Below the pieces are notes generated by a model that worked only from the letters and a program-made list of their open reading frames with translations, ran no database searches and had not been told where the DNA came from. A stretch of 64,000 bases of DNA, taken from positions 14,260,001 through 14,324,000 of the forward strand of contig OX597835.1 of the NCBI GenBank assembly GCA_951406725.2, in the 5' to 3' direction. The DNA comes from Octopus vulgaris (lineage: Eukaryota). Positions within the stretch are counted from its first letter, which is position 1; every line of letters starts with the position of its first letter. The position numbers and the translations under genes are program-made. Shown here in pieces: positions 45,355 to 58,915 of the stretch.

Positions 45355-46400
45355 GTAAGCTGGAAGAATTCTTAATGGGTCCGACAAAATGCTATTCGTC
45401 ATTGCTTTCAGCTCCTTACATTCTGGGTTCAAACGTCGCCGAGGTCAGCTTTGCCTTTCATCTTTTCGGGTTCGTTGAAATAAAGTACCAGTCAAATACT
45501 GGTGTCGTAATCGACTTGTTATTCCCCTCAAAATTACTAGCTTTAAATCCTGCAACGGATCGGCATCCTGTTCAGGAGAATGTCATGATGTCAGTTATAT
45601 ATAGACCCAGGAAACCGAGTAATCGGCCTTATGGGTCTCAGTGCTACAGAAAAAAAATTGGATAAATAAAAAATGGGATTCAAGTGAAATGGTTTCACTT
45701 GATATCGAAACCATATCGCAAGTAGTGATTTCTTTCTTGGAAATTACCCAGCAATATCTATTTCTTTATAAGGCGGCGAGCTGGCAGAAGCGTTAGCACG
45801 CCAGGCGAAATGCTTAGCAGTATTTCGTCTGCCGTTACGTTCTGAGTTCAAATTCCGCCGAGGTACAGCCACAAAATAACGATAACATTGGCATTGCACT
45901 GGGATCGATATAATCGAAATCCGTTTGCCTGTCCTTGTTTGTCCCCTGTGTACAAGCCCCTTTTTGAAATAGGATTTCGTCTGCCGTAAGTCAATTACAT
46001 GTCGATCCCAGTACATAACTGGTACTCATTTTATCGGGGTCGATTAAATAAGTACCAGTTATGCACTGGGGTCGATGTAATCGACTTAATCCCTTTATTT
46101 GTCCTTGTTTATCCCCTCTATGTTTAACCCCCTGTGGGTAATAAAGACATAAATATCTATTTCTTTATTGCCCACTGAGGGCTAAACATAGAAGGGACAA
46201 ACAAGGACAGACAAAGGGATTAAGTCGATTAAGTAAGTATTAGTTACGCACTTGTACGTAACTGGTACTTACTTAGTCGACTCTGAAAGGGTGAAAGGCA
46301 AAGTCGACCTCGGCGGAATTTGAACTCAGAACGTAACAGCAGACGAAATGCCGCTAAGCATTTTGTCCGGCGTGTTAACGATTCTGTCAGCTCGCCGCCC
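45355..46400. mobile_element. Cluster of rearranged SINE family B pieces in both orientations
   Basis: Plus-strand heads at about 45355 and 45772, a minus-strand head ending about 46400, shuffled body segments between. Confidence 0.75.
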
Positions 46401-47448
46401 TATTACTCAGCAGTTTCGAGCAAAGATAAATATTTAACACGGTGTATTCAAAAAATTAGAATGTCGAAGACTATACAGCCTACCATTATTGTCTGTTACC
46501 TGTAGTGATGTTAAAATGCCAGTTAAAAGAAATAACAGGAATCGAATCTGGAAGATTATAGAATGTACTCAAATTGTGATGACGTCGCAGAGGTGGAAAT
46601 AAGCTTCCAGCAAATTAAGTCTATGGCATAGTTTCAGTTTTTCTGAGTTTCCATTTATCTTCAGTAATAAGAATAATTAAGAACCTTTCGGGGGAAAACA
46701 CACGTGTTATAATTTCGCATCTTCTCACGTAAATATGAAACTTTGCTATTCTGTGTGAAATCGATCTGAAATTCTCCAAGACTTTCGTATTAGCAAAACA
46801 GGTCGAAGTCATTTAAATAAACTCTTAAATATTTATGTCTGACATATAGCAATGTTAGTTCCATTTCGCTATTTCTGACACAGAACAAGCAGTAACAGAC
46901 GCGTTCATACGTATCTGTGTTTTTAGTCTTGAAGATTTCCAACTAAACGAAGAAGCTTAATGAGAATGGAACCAGAGTGATGGTATGCGCTACTCAGTGA
47001 TTCTGCTACATACCTTTGAGTATTCAGCGAGCAAATATAAACGTTTGTAAAAGTTGTTATATGATAGCATTCATATACCTCCAAGTAGCTTTACATTAGT
47101 ATCATGTTTTGTCATCAATTCTAAAATGAAAACTGAAGCCATAATTATTTGTGTGTGTGTGTGTGTGGGAGGGTAGGTGGGGCGGTTGGGGGTAAAAAAA
47201 TCTCGTGGTTTGACCTAAATTCTTTGCAGTATTTCTTTCGGTCCTTTTACCTTCAGTTTTCAAATTCCACCGGTGTCAATTATATCTTTTATTCTTTTAC
47301 CCAGCAGGAAGTTTCCTAAGATAACTATTAGTCATTAAGCAGACTAATTAAAAGAATCATCTGCATATTCTTCCTCGGTGTAGCTTTGTGCTAATTAATA
47401 ACTAAATTATTTAAATTACTTTACGTATTAGCATATTTGTTTTTTTTT

Positions 47449-47720
47449 ACGGAGATGTACTTGCATAGCAAGTGATTTGATCTGAGATCGTGTGCTGAAA
47501 CGAAAACAATTGCAGCGTGGAAGGTGTTTGTAAGCCATTTAAGAAACACACAAAGGCCGTTCGATTCACTTCAACATTTAAGTTTAATTTGTCAAAATAT
47601 TTTCGTCGCTTTAAGACCGCGACCTGTTCACTGTTCAATAAAACTTAGATGTTGAAGTGAATCGAACGGCTTTTGTGTGTTTCTCAAATGGCTTACAAAC
47701 ACCTTCCACGCTGCAATTGT
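47449..47720 (-). mobile_element. Second fold-back element (arms about 47506-47585 / 47641-47720) with G3/C8 hammerhead-like motif (47588-47633) and 13-bp TSD
   Basis: Homologous to 25678-26000; flanked by CATATTTGTTTTT at 47432-47444 and 47721-47733. Confidence 0.82.
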
Positions 47721-48359
47721 CATATTTGTTTTTATTAAACATAAAAGATTTCCATATTTAGAGCTTGGATACTGTGATGTTCATGCCTTTCTTTACAACA
47801 TTGACGATGCAAACGGATAGAAATAGCTTCGACGAGGAATCAAAGTTGCTTGGGATTTCGGTTACTTCTTGCTTTACCATTTTATAGTGATTGTTATCGA
47901 AATGTGATTTCTTTTCATTGCTTACAGAACCAGTCATGTGTAAGCGAAGTCTATAACTGATCAACCGATTGCCTCCCACCCAACTGAAGCTTTATAAAAG
48001 TTCTGGTTTTTATTTTATAGATTCGTGTGCAAGAAGGTAGTTGAAAGAGGCAGTAGAGTACCCGATGGTAACATCTTTCAGCTTTGAGTTCCATAACTTT
48101 ACATTAATCGGAGCCGACAGAGTCTTTCTATATTCCGAATATAAGATATATATATACCAGTAATAAATGAAAAAAGGGCCTGGGAGGGGTGATGCATACC
48201 TTGCGCGCATACAAAGACAAAATATAATTCAATTTAATAAATATATTCTTAGACGAATTCATATTTCAACAAAATGACATCAAGAGTTATTTCTCCTGCT
48301 TATCGTTTATGCATATCTATCAAAGAAGAAAGCATTTTGATTCAGCCGTCGGCCAGTTT

Positions 48360-48535
48360 TGATGGTGATCAAACCAAAATTTGATGAGTTCGAACAACTC
48401 TCCGAATGAGTATTTCTGCCAAAATTTGGTGAAAATCCGCTCAGCCGTTTTCCAGTTATTTTGCAAACACACAGACAAGCAGACAAAGACAAGCGACTAC
48501 AATATCCTTCTTTCGCTTGCGCACGTAGTGTAAGT
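48360..48535 (-). mobile_element. Possible non-autonomous Helitron/Helentron-like end fragment
   Basis: CCAAAATTTGGTGAAAATCCGCTCAGCCGTTTT...CACACAGAC architecture resembles 17265-17350. Confidence 0.4.
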
Positions 48536-49614
48536 TTGATTCATATAACGAAGAGACTCTCCTACTCAAAAGAAATCTATTTTATGTACTCACAACACAG
48601 CGATAGACAATGTCGTTCGGCTAAGAAACTGAATTCAAAATGGCGACGCACTAAACATACTAAATCCTTTAACTATTGACAAGTTGAAAGGAAACAACTA
48701 TTCTATTTTGTTAAGGAAATAGATGTTAACTCATTCAGAGTATTAGAGTATTAGCGATGTGTATAGAGGCAAATTGTTTCAATCAAGACTGTATTTTACT
48801 CCTTAGTGTTCAATATAAAAATAATCAAAGGGTTAATTGTGATATGTTTTTTCTTTGAAACCTAATTCAGGCTTGCTTACAAAACGTTCAGAACATTTAT
48901 TTCTATTTTCTTTAAAAATCACTGAATATTTATTTCCAGATAAGAATCTAGAAACTTGTACAACTTCTGCATTGAAAAGCTACCAATAAATATATTCAAC
49001 TTCTGAATCATGAAAACGTTTCACAGGTAGAATTGCGATGCAAACGTATATAAATATCAATATCACGTATAAGCTTTACTTTATTGGTTCCAGGTTGTAT
49101 GTCAATATGTGTTACAGAAGCTTTCTTCTATTGGTTGTAGGTTGTATATGCCAGCGTATCAAATAACCTTGTTAAAGAGTTCCCCTTTAAATACATTGTT
49201 TTCTATATAAATTTGAAACATCGGTATTTTAATAGCTCAGAAACTGGTTTATATATATATATATTTCGGAAGCCTTAAAACCTGCAAGCTTTATTATATA
49301 CGATAGAGTTGAAGACAGAATAGAGGTAGACATTTCAGTCGAAACTACTGCATAGAAGTAAACAGCCATTCTATTCATTGCATCATTATTCTGTACTCAC
49401 AAAAGATAACGGTCTCTTTATTCCAGCATTTATTCCGTACTCACAAAAGAGATTTTAATTTCGTACAGTGAGATCGAATTATCGATCGACGGTTTTATTC
49501 CCGAGGCTGGGGACATTTCCAAGTTTACGCAACTAATTCTATAGTTACAAACTATTACAAATTCTTATTCTAAATTTCTTTCTATCTTTTCTTTCTTTCC
49601 TTGGCTATTTCTTC

Positions 49615-49689
<75 letters not shown>

Positions 49690-50752
49690 TTTTCTTTCTT
49701 TCTTTTTCTATAGCAGTAGAAGAAAAATACAAGACTGGACGAAATATCTCAAGAAATTTGCCTCCTAGTTTTTTACGTTTCTGCGATGTAAGTTCATATT
49801 CCTCCAAGAATGGTAAAATACTTTCTCATAATGGCACAAAACAATACGTTTGTAAAGGAAGAACAAAATCGATTGAATCGATCCTTTTATTTGCTTTGAA
49901 CTTTTTATTTTCCCCATTTTTATTTTTACTGATTCTGATGCATCAAAGAGAGTCAACCATGTCGAAATTTGAGCCCAAAACCCAAAGAGGAAAACATATT
50001 ACCCGGCGTGCTACTATTTCTGTCGTTCCATTCCTTTTCTGAAAATCGATAAAATAAGCATCAGTCGATCGAACGAGTACGGAAGAACTTACCAAAACCA
50101 CCACCACCACCACCACCGCTAAAGGAATCAATATTCTCCCGAAACCTTGAATATTTCTCTTCATATACAAATCGACTTCTGTTCCTATTTAGTTTAACCT
50201 GCTAATTGAAGTTATTGTTCCACCAGATAGGATCTTCACGTCATCGTTCATCATATCGAAGAATTCGCTTTGGGTAAACAGATAATACATCTTTATTCAG
50301 ACAGATAGAAAGCGTAAGACACACATAGAGAGCATTAGACGGATAGGCATACCGTACTTTCTCTCAATTGCTTTCTTTTTAAGCATATTTGGAAATTCTT
50401 AAGAATTATAAGTTCAGACTACGACGGTAGATCCCCCCAATTACTCGCACACTCGTCTGTCATGCTGTTCAATCCGCTGCAGATGCTGCATTTATTAAGC
50501 TTTGCCATTTCTTACTGCTTGCCTTATCTGCACAATCAATCCTTGGAAGCCAGTAGTCCAATAGTAAGAGTTTCCTTTCTAGATTACAGTTCAAAGCTAC
50601 CGTAGCTTATCTAGTAGTATATGTGTGTGTGTGTGTGTGTGTATGTGTGTGTGTGTGTTTGCGTGTGTGTGTATCTGTGTGTATGTATTTGCCGTAATCA
50701 TCCAAGTCCAATTGACTTTTGTTGTTTCTTCCTATTTTTTATGTTTGATTTG

Positions 50753-50795
<43 letters not shown>

Positions 50796-50877
50796 GTATA
50801 TTTATATATATATATACATTTACATGTATCTATATATTTATATATATATACACATATATATATGTATATATTTATAT

Positions 50878-50946
<69 letters not shown>

Positions 50947-51022
50947 ATATATTTATGTATACATGTATATATATATACGTACATACATATATATACATGC
51001 ATACATACATACATACATATAT

Positions 51023-51088
<66 letters not shown>

Positions 51089-51362
51089 GCTAACAAAATT
51101 TCAGCAACGGACAAAGAAAATAGTTCTTTGCTCCATATGAAATATTCATTTCGCTGGATCTGTGGAGCTGCTTGATGTTATTTCTGAACATTTTTCAAAT
51201 TTCATTCCTCCTCGTTCCTATCATCAATGATTTCTTCCTTGATACCGTCTTGAAGGAAGTCAGATTGAAAATATGTACTTGTTCACCAAAGCATCAGCGA
51301 AGAGCTGTTTACAAGACCTGCCATACTTACGTTTCAGTGTCGATGTCATCGTCGTCGTCGTC

Positions 51363-51388
51363 AGAAGAAGAAGAAGAAGAAGAAGGAA

Positions 51389-51423
<35 letters not shown>

Positions 51424-51747
51424 AGGAGGAGGAGGAGCAGGAGCAGGAGAAGGAGGAGAAGAAGAAGGAGGAGGAAAAGAAGAAGAGGAAGGAGAAGAAG
51501 GAAAAGAAGGAGAGGAGGAGGAGAAGAAGAAGGAGGAGGAGGAAAAGAAGACGAGGAAGAAGAAGAAGGAAAAGAAGAAGAAGAAGAAGAAGAAGGAAGA
51601 AGAAGAAGAAGAAGAAGAAGAAGAAGAAGGAAAAGAAGAAGAAGAAGGAGGATGGAGGAGGAGGAGGAGGAGGAGGAGGAAAAGAAGACGAGGAAGAAGA
51701 AGAAGAAGGAGGATGGAGGAGGAGGAGAGGGAAAAGAAGGAAAAGAA

Positions 51748-51781
<34 letters not shown>

Positions 51782-51858
51782 TAAAAGAAGGAAAAGAAAA
51801 CGAAGGAGAAGAAGAAGAAGAAGAAGAAGAAGAAGAAGAAGGAAAAGAAGAAGAAAAG
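51363..51858. repeat. (GAA/GAG)n purine-rich repeat
   Basis: Directly visible. Confidence 0.97.
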
Positions 51859-52332
51859 CATTTCAAAATTTAGCGACATCTTCATTTTAAAGGGATTGTA
51901 ATGAATTAGGAAGTGCTGTCTCTATGTGACCGCGAAAATGACAAGTGGCAAGGTTTCTGTAAGATGAAGACAAGCTCTCCCTACTTATAATTGATTGTGG
52001 AGTTGCATGGCTTGGTTCTGACGTTCGCGAGATCGTGGTTTCAATTCCCAGACCGGCTATACGCTGTGTTCTTGAGCAAGACACTTTATTTCACGTTGTT
52101 CCCGTCCACGTCCACTCAGCAGCTGTCAACGGGCAACGGATTGGCATATATGGGCGAAATGGTGATTCGGGGAAAATCACTCGAACGGAGGAGGTCTAGC
52201 AAGTCCCGTTTCGAACTCAGCGAACGATAGGATGAATGGTACAACCCGTATTATAAATTCTGACTTTTTGGAATTGGTTGCTCAACCACATCGAAGACCA
52301 ATCAAATAATAGACAGATATCTTTTTTTTTCA

Positions 52333-52739
52333 CTCTTTTTACTTGTTTCAGTCACTTGACTGCGGCCATGCTGGAGCACCGCCTTTAATCGAGCAACTCG
52401 ACCCCGGGACTTATTCTTTTGTAAGCCCAGTACTTATTCTATCGGTCTCTTTTGCCGAACCGCTAAGTAACAGGGACATAAACACACCAGCATCGGTTGT
52501 CAAGCAATGCTAGGGAGACAAACACAGACACACAAACACACACACATACACATATACATACATATATATATACATATATACGACGGGCTTCTTTCAGTTT
52601 CCGTCTACCAAATCCACTCACAAAGCTTTGGTCGGCCCCAGGCTATAGTAGAAGACACTTGCCCAAGGTGCTACGCAGTGGAACTGAACCCGGAACCATG
52701 TGGTCGGTAAACAAGCTACTTACCACACAGCCACTCCTA
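52333..52739 (-). mobile_element. SINE family A
   Basis: Near-identical to 38772-39219. Confidence 0.92.
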
Positions 52740-54876
52740 TGTTAAAGTTTAGTAGGAACATCTTAGTTTCTACTTTTTTTCTGATTTTTTTTAATATTTA
52801 TGTTGCTGTGTGTAGAGTGGAGCACGGTGCCTGGTCTTCAAATCTATTCAGTCAGTTAGCAGTCAATGCATTTTATAACAAATTATACGATATCGGTGTG
52901 TAACGACCAAGAAGTACATTTATCCATCGTAATGCTAATTTCTTTCACTCGGCTGTCTATCAACTTGAATAGCATATTTTTAGCCTTTATTGTTTTGCTA
53001 ACGCATATTTGTGTATGACTTGCATCCTACGAAATTTATGCCCCGTATATCAACAATTTAGTCTACCGATATTACATCTATGGTTATGTATGTTTATCGA
53101 TTGTGTTGGTGTGTTGAGGTTAATCCAACTTAGTACACTATACTGTATAGTGTAAAGAATCTATAAATCAGTGAAACTATGAAAACAGAATTAAATACAT
53201 TCAAATTTTATGATGGTGGAAGAAGTAGTAACATTATTTGTAAAGAAATATATAAATGTTTACGACTCTTTCTGGTAATTTATGCATATGTGCAGCTTAC
53301 AAATAAATACATGGAAATATTGATTTTCTTATACGTTAATCACTCTGCTATTTCGCCTCTATTATGAGAATCAGCAAAGCAAGCTACAAGCGAGAACTGA
53401 GCTCAGTTTGAAGACTCGGCAACCTGGAATTTGAGTTCTATTTTACGATGTTTTTCTTCGTAAATATACTGAAAGATTAATGGTAAAATATAAGAGGAAA
53501 CGGGAAGGCATTACTTATAGAATAGTTTACTTTTGTGAAGATGAAAGACGACTATTTTTGATTGCTTCAGATGATTGAGTAGTTGGTGTTAGCTTAGTGA
53601 TCAATTTGTATAATTATGTCCCCAGTACTGCACTGTGTTCATAACTCAGAAATATACCATTTTATATTCCTGCCAATATAGTTGTAAATGGATGCTATGT
53701 AGCAGTATAATTCATCATTGCAAACAGCCGGAAACCAACTGGCATTGGCTCGCGTTGGCCGAGCTCATATAATTCAACGAGCAAAATTTGTGGTGAGTTA
53801 TTATCATATTTAAGACAGAAATATCTCTCAAGTAACTCGACATTATGCAAACTGGAATAAGCCCTGCAACAACATCCGGTAATTTTTGGCGAACTGAAGT
53901 AAAAATAGAAGAAAAAGAACATCTTTTAAATTAGAAATCATATTAAAGGGAAAAGCATCTTCTGTTTGACGATATTTGTTGAAATATTTTGCAGCAAAAT
54001 TCATATTTTAGTATCTGTTGCTCTGTCAAAGGTGATGAGGTATGATATAGTTTCGGCCATATTGTTAGTTTTCAACGTTGTAGAGAGATAAATTCAATGG
54101 TGAAGAACATTTTGTCTTACTGCAAATTTGTAAAGTGTCAAGTCAAACAAAGAAGTGGAGATGTTGAGTCAATTTCTTAAAGTAATCTCAAGAAGTCTTA
54201 CATTGAATTTATGTTCCGATTAATGGAACTACATCAACTTCACCTTAAACGGGATTGACCTTGTCACTAACTAGAACTAAAAGTGATTGTCACTTTAATC
54301 TGATAAAATATTTTATCCTAAAATATACAACCTTTATTTTAGAGATCTTGTTACAATGTAAGACTAAATTTTATCTTCACAGTAGTCTATCTAACACACA
54401 TCCTATTACCGCTCTCTTATGAATTGAAAAATATAAACTCAACAAGCGATAATAATTTCTTAGATACAGCGTCTTTTCATCGCTGTGTGACAGAAATAAC
54501 AACGAACTAACAGGCTAACATTAGAATACGTATACTTAAAGTATAAAGTGGGCATCTTATCAGATCTTAAAAACTGTCACAGCATGTACGTCTTGTTTCC
54601 CATTATCCTAATACACTATCATTTCGTCCCTTGCTGTTAATGATGAAGGTGATTAACCCCTCCCAAAGAACGCTGTGATTGAGTAAACCCTTGTCGAAAG
54701 ATATTTAAGCCACGATTTTTAAAATTTTATTTGGTTTCGGTAACTGTGTACTGCAGTCTACATGATGCAATGTGTCCTTCTTTATATCTAAAAACGATCG
54801 TTTGATGAAGATTTGGCTACCATTTCTAGAAGATTGTGCAGCTGTGTTATTCTGTTTTCATTATCGGTTGCAGCCA

Positions 54877-56032
54877 GTTTTTCAAGCTGAGAGGATGTAA
54901 TCTCTTTGACTTCTTTCTCTTTTTCTTCTCTGTTTCTCTACCCACTGACGAAGGACTGACTCCGAAACGTCGGATACTCCACTTCTCTAGTCTTGCCGAC
55001 GTAGAGCTACTAGATTATTGACTAATTATAATACCCAACCACTAAATTCTGCGAACTGATTTTCTCACTTTGGCTACATATTAGATATTCTAATTTCATT
55101 TTCAAGAAAACTCGCTATTGCAGCCATTTGAACCTTATTGGACGCTGTCTACGCCTTAGCGTCATACCACGTGGGTTCAAACTGAATTTCCATCCTTCCT
55201 TCAGACAACACAACTCTACTCAATATCCCCTGAACATCACCAACATTCTCACTTGTACTTTCAAACAACTTATGAGAGCCACCACCCGCACTCTATACGC
55301 CCAGTGCGACCGCGTCACACGGGAAATCACCCACCACCGTTCTCTTCTCACCGCTCTTTGCTCGACCACACAATTTCAGGCCATACTCCTTCAGATACGC
55401 CGCCTCAATAGCAAACTGTACGACTTCCTTGTTGCACAAAAGACACGCAAAATTCACTCGCTCATCCCCCACCGTCCCACTTCTGCCTCGCCCAACACCT
55501 CCACTGTCTAAACCATCCCAAGCGATTTACCTCTCACTCACGCCGAACGAGCTTTAATTAGCAGAGGTCTTAATTTCATTCCTCTCAAAAAACACACCAA
55601 GTGAATTCGACGCACGTGCCGATACAGAAAGTTTCCTCCGTCAGATCCGACTCAGGGCATTTTTCTACAACAGAAGCCCAGTTCCACCAACTGAGGACAA
55701 CTTTACTACACTCGAAAAGCGTTTCTTCATCAGGACACCAAGTCTAGAATTACACCGTTCGGTAGATATATTCGTTAATAAATGCCGTTTCGACCTCGGT
55801 ACCTTCAATTTCGATAGAAAACCAAGCATTTCGAACCTTCCCCCATCGGAACTGGACGCCCTCCGGAAGCTCAGTCAACGTAAGGACATTGTTATCAGGC
55901 CAACCGACAAAGGGGACGCCGTTGTTGTTCGGCGAGCTTGTTTTTCAAGCTGAGAGGATGTAAACTCTTTGACTCCTTTCTCTTTTTCTTCTCTTTTCTC
56001 TACGCACTGACGAAGGACTGAATCCGAAACGT
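54877..56032 (+). mobile_element. Deleted PLE derivative bounded by direct repeats of about 94 bp, each ending in a hammerhead core
   Basis: Repeats at 54877-54970 and 55940-56032; the interior translates to IPRGFKLNFHP, ISRGLNFIP, QIRLRAFF, IVIRPTDKGDAVVV, homologous to the N-terminus at 21170-22210; no RT or endonuclease. Confidence 0.88.
54939..54976 (+). ncRNA. Minimal hammerhead core, helix I imperfect
   Basis: CTGACGA-A-GGA ctgac TCC-GAAA-CG-TC. Confidence 0.65.
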
Positions 56033-56035
56033 ACG
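56001..56035 (+). ncRNA. Minimal hammerhead core, second repeat, truncated at or near the cleavage site
   Basis: CTGACGA-A-GGA ctgaa TCC-GAAA-CG-TA. Confidence 0.55.
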
Positions 56036-56663
56036 ATGAGTTTCACTAAAGGCGCCCAAAGTGCCAGTTGGAGTTGTTAAACCGAGAAATAGTTACAGTT
56101 AACCACCCAAGCAGGCCATCACGATATTTAAACTCAGAAGAACGCAACGAGGGGAAGAAATACCACAAATCATCTTATCTGACGCTTTTACAGTTCCGCT
56201 AATCTACCACCTTGGCTTGGTACTTCGTTATCGACCTTGAAAGATAAAATGCCAAGTTGACTCTGGCGGGATTTGAACTCCGAGTGTAGAGCTGTAGAAA
56301 AAAAGTCTATGAAATATTCTGTCCGACACTCTAACGACTTTGCCAATTCGCTCTCTAATTCAGGGATCTGGTGTAAATTCAGAACATAGGAGTACAGTAA
56401 AAACACACAATAACATTTTCCATACATTAAATTATATTTCATTCTTTTCCATTGTTAACCAACATCCTAGCGGTACGCTTGTTGCGTGATCCCAGAAACC
56501 GTTCCGAATAGTATCTGACATCTCCATGCTTATCACGGTTCATTGAAGCGAAATACAGAGAGAGGAGAATTTTGTGAGCGATTCGTAGGATTTCTTGAAA
56601 TCTATTCTTCGTTTTAGATCAACGGATTTCGGTGTTGCACGCAAATGTTGTTCGGTGCAAGAG

Positions 56664-57085
56664 ATGTATGTATGTATGTATGTATGTATGTATGTATGTA
56701 TGTATGTATGCATGCATGCATGCATGTATGTATGTATGTATGTATGTATGTATGTATGTATGCGTTTATGTATGTATGTGTGTATGTGTGTATGTATGTA
56801 TGTATGTGTGTATGTATGTATGTATGTGTATGTGTATGTATGTATGTATGTATGTATGTATGTATGTATGTATGTATGTATGTATGTATGCATGTATGCG
56901 TGTATGTATGTATGTATGTATGTATGTATGTATGTATGTATGTATGTATGTATGTATGTATGTGTGTATGTATATATATATATATATATATATATACATA
57001 CACACACATTTTTATACGAACATTTTCATATATATATATATATATGTGTATATATACATACACACACACATATACATATATATAT
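56664..57085. repeat. (ATGT)n/(TA)n microsatellite
   Basis: Directly visible. Confidence 0.95.
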
Positions 57086-57115
57086 TGAAAACTTTTGTAT
57101 AAAAAAAATATATAT

Positions 57116-57308
57116 ACTCTTTTACTCTTTCACTTGTTTCTGTCATTTGATTGCAGCCATGCTGGAGCTTTGCCTTTAATCGAACAAATCGAGCCCAGGA
57201 CTTATTCTTTGCCAGCCTAGTACTTATTCTATCGATCACTTTTGCCGAACCGCTAGTTTACTGGGATGTAAACACACCAGCATCGGTTGTCAAGCGATGA
57301 TGGGAGGA

Positions 57309-57367
<59 letters not shown>

Positions 57368-57496
57368 ACACACACACATACACACATAAAACACATTTAC
57401 AGACAAACACACTTCGATAGATAGTATTGAGAGGAAAACAAATGGAGAAAGAAAATATGTGTAGGGATTAACGGCTCAACATATACACACGCACAC

Positions 57497-57550
<54 letters not shown>

Positions 57551-57716
57551 CGCACATATATACGACGGGCTTCAGCATAGTTTCCATCTATCAAATTCGC
57601 TGGCAAATTATTAACCGGACTGGCGCTATAGTACATGACACTTACCTATGGTGCCACACAGTGGGATTGAACCTGAAACCACGTGCTTATTAAGTGAAAT
57701 TGTTAACCACACAACC
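57116..57716 (-). mobile_element. Diverged SINE family A with expanded or interrupted internal (CA)n
   Basis: 3' half at 57116-57312 and diverged head at 57560-57716. Confidence 0.75.
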
Positions 57717-58198
57717 ATTATCGCTTGTAGTCTTGCTTACAGAGTGTGACAAACCGGAAGCTCATTCGTTGATTTTATCAGATACAGCCCCTCTACACCA
57801 TTTTCCATATTTTCCATAAATTTAAATCAAGATCTCCTACCGTTGTGTATTTAATATGCAGAAGGCTCCCCTGAGGTATTTCCCTTCTGTCATGTTGTTG
57901 TTCGGCTGCCATATTGCAGTTTGTTCAGTTTATCAGCAATAAACTGTGAATACTCTTCGCCGAAATATTATTAATCACGTTTTCAAGTGTATTTTGAAAG
58001 CTCCTTGTTTGTATTTCATCGGGAATTGAAGGCATGAAATACTTTTATCGAAATATGAAATGTTTCGCTTATGCCACGTTAATGCTATATTTTTTCTGAG
58101 AGGAATTATAAAATTTTATTTTATGACAATGGGGAAAATATTTCAATATGTCGCGTTTCGTCTGATTGATTGCAAAATATGAGGGTGAGAGAGGAACT

Positions 58199-58648
58199 GG
58201 GAAGAAAGAAGGGGTGAAGGAAGGAAAGACAGTAAGAAAGAAAGAAAGGAAGAAAGAAAGAAAGGAAGAAGGAAAGAAAGAAAGACAGAAAGAAAGAAGG
58301 GGGGAAGGAAAGAAAGTAAGAAAGAAAGAAAGTAAGAAAGAAAGAAAGGAAGAAGGAAAGAAAGACAGAAAGAAAGAAGGGAGGAAGAAGGAAAGAAAGT
58401 AAGAAAGAAAGAAAGGAAGAAGGAAAGAAAGACAGAAAGAAAGAAGGGAGGGAGGAAGGAAAGAAAGAAAGTAAGAAAGAAAGAAAGAAAGAAAGGAAGA
58501 AGGAAAGAAAGACAGAAAGAAAGAAGGGAGGGAGGAAGGAAAGAAAGAAAGTAAGAAAGAAAGAAAGTAAGAAAGAAAGAAAGGAAGAAGGAAAGAAAGA
58601 CAGAAAGAAAGAAGGGAGGAAGGAAAGAAAGAAAGAAAGAATGAAGGA

Positions 58649-58683
<35 letters not shown>

Positions 58684-58884
58684 GAAGAAGGAAAGAAAGA
58701 CAGAAAGAAAGAAGGGAGGAAGGAAAGAAAGAAAGAAGGGATGAAGGAAAGAAAGAAAGTAAGAAAGACAGAAAGAAAGAAAGAAAGGAAAGGAAAGAAA
58801 GACAGAAAGAAAGAAGGGAGGAAGGAAAGAAAGTAAGAAAGAAAGAAGGGATGAAGGAAAGAAAGAAATTAAGAAAGAAAGAAA

Positions 58885-58915
<31 letters not shown>

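Noticed and set aside
51172-51890. Glu/Arg-rich ORFs and a minus-strand GTAAGT donor-like site near 51330
   Set aside because: The ORFs derive from (GAA)n; no acceptor or recognisable domain supports an exon
53400-54300. Higher-complexity sequence that might be exonic or transposase-derived (also 47760-48200 and 49730-50300)
   Set aside because: No sustained ORF or recognisable motif found by eye
55705-55740. Minus-strand CTGATGA-A-GAAA...TTTC hairpin resembling a hammerhead
   Set aside because: It is followed by GAGT rather than GAAA, has no helix I, and lies antisense within PLE coding sequence
57740-58000. Minus-strand IPQGSLL motif suggesting an old LINE RT fragment
   Set aside because: Single short motif with stops nearby and no YADD-like motif; too weak to annotate without a search
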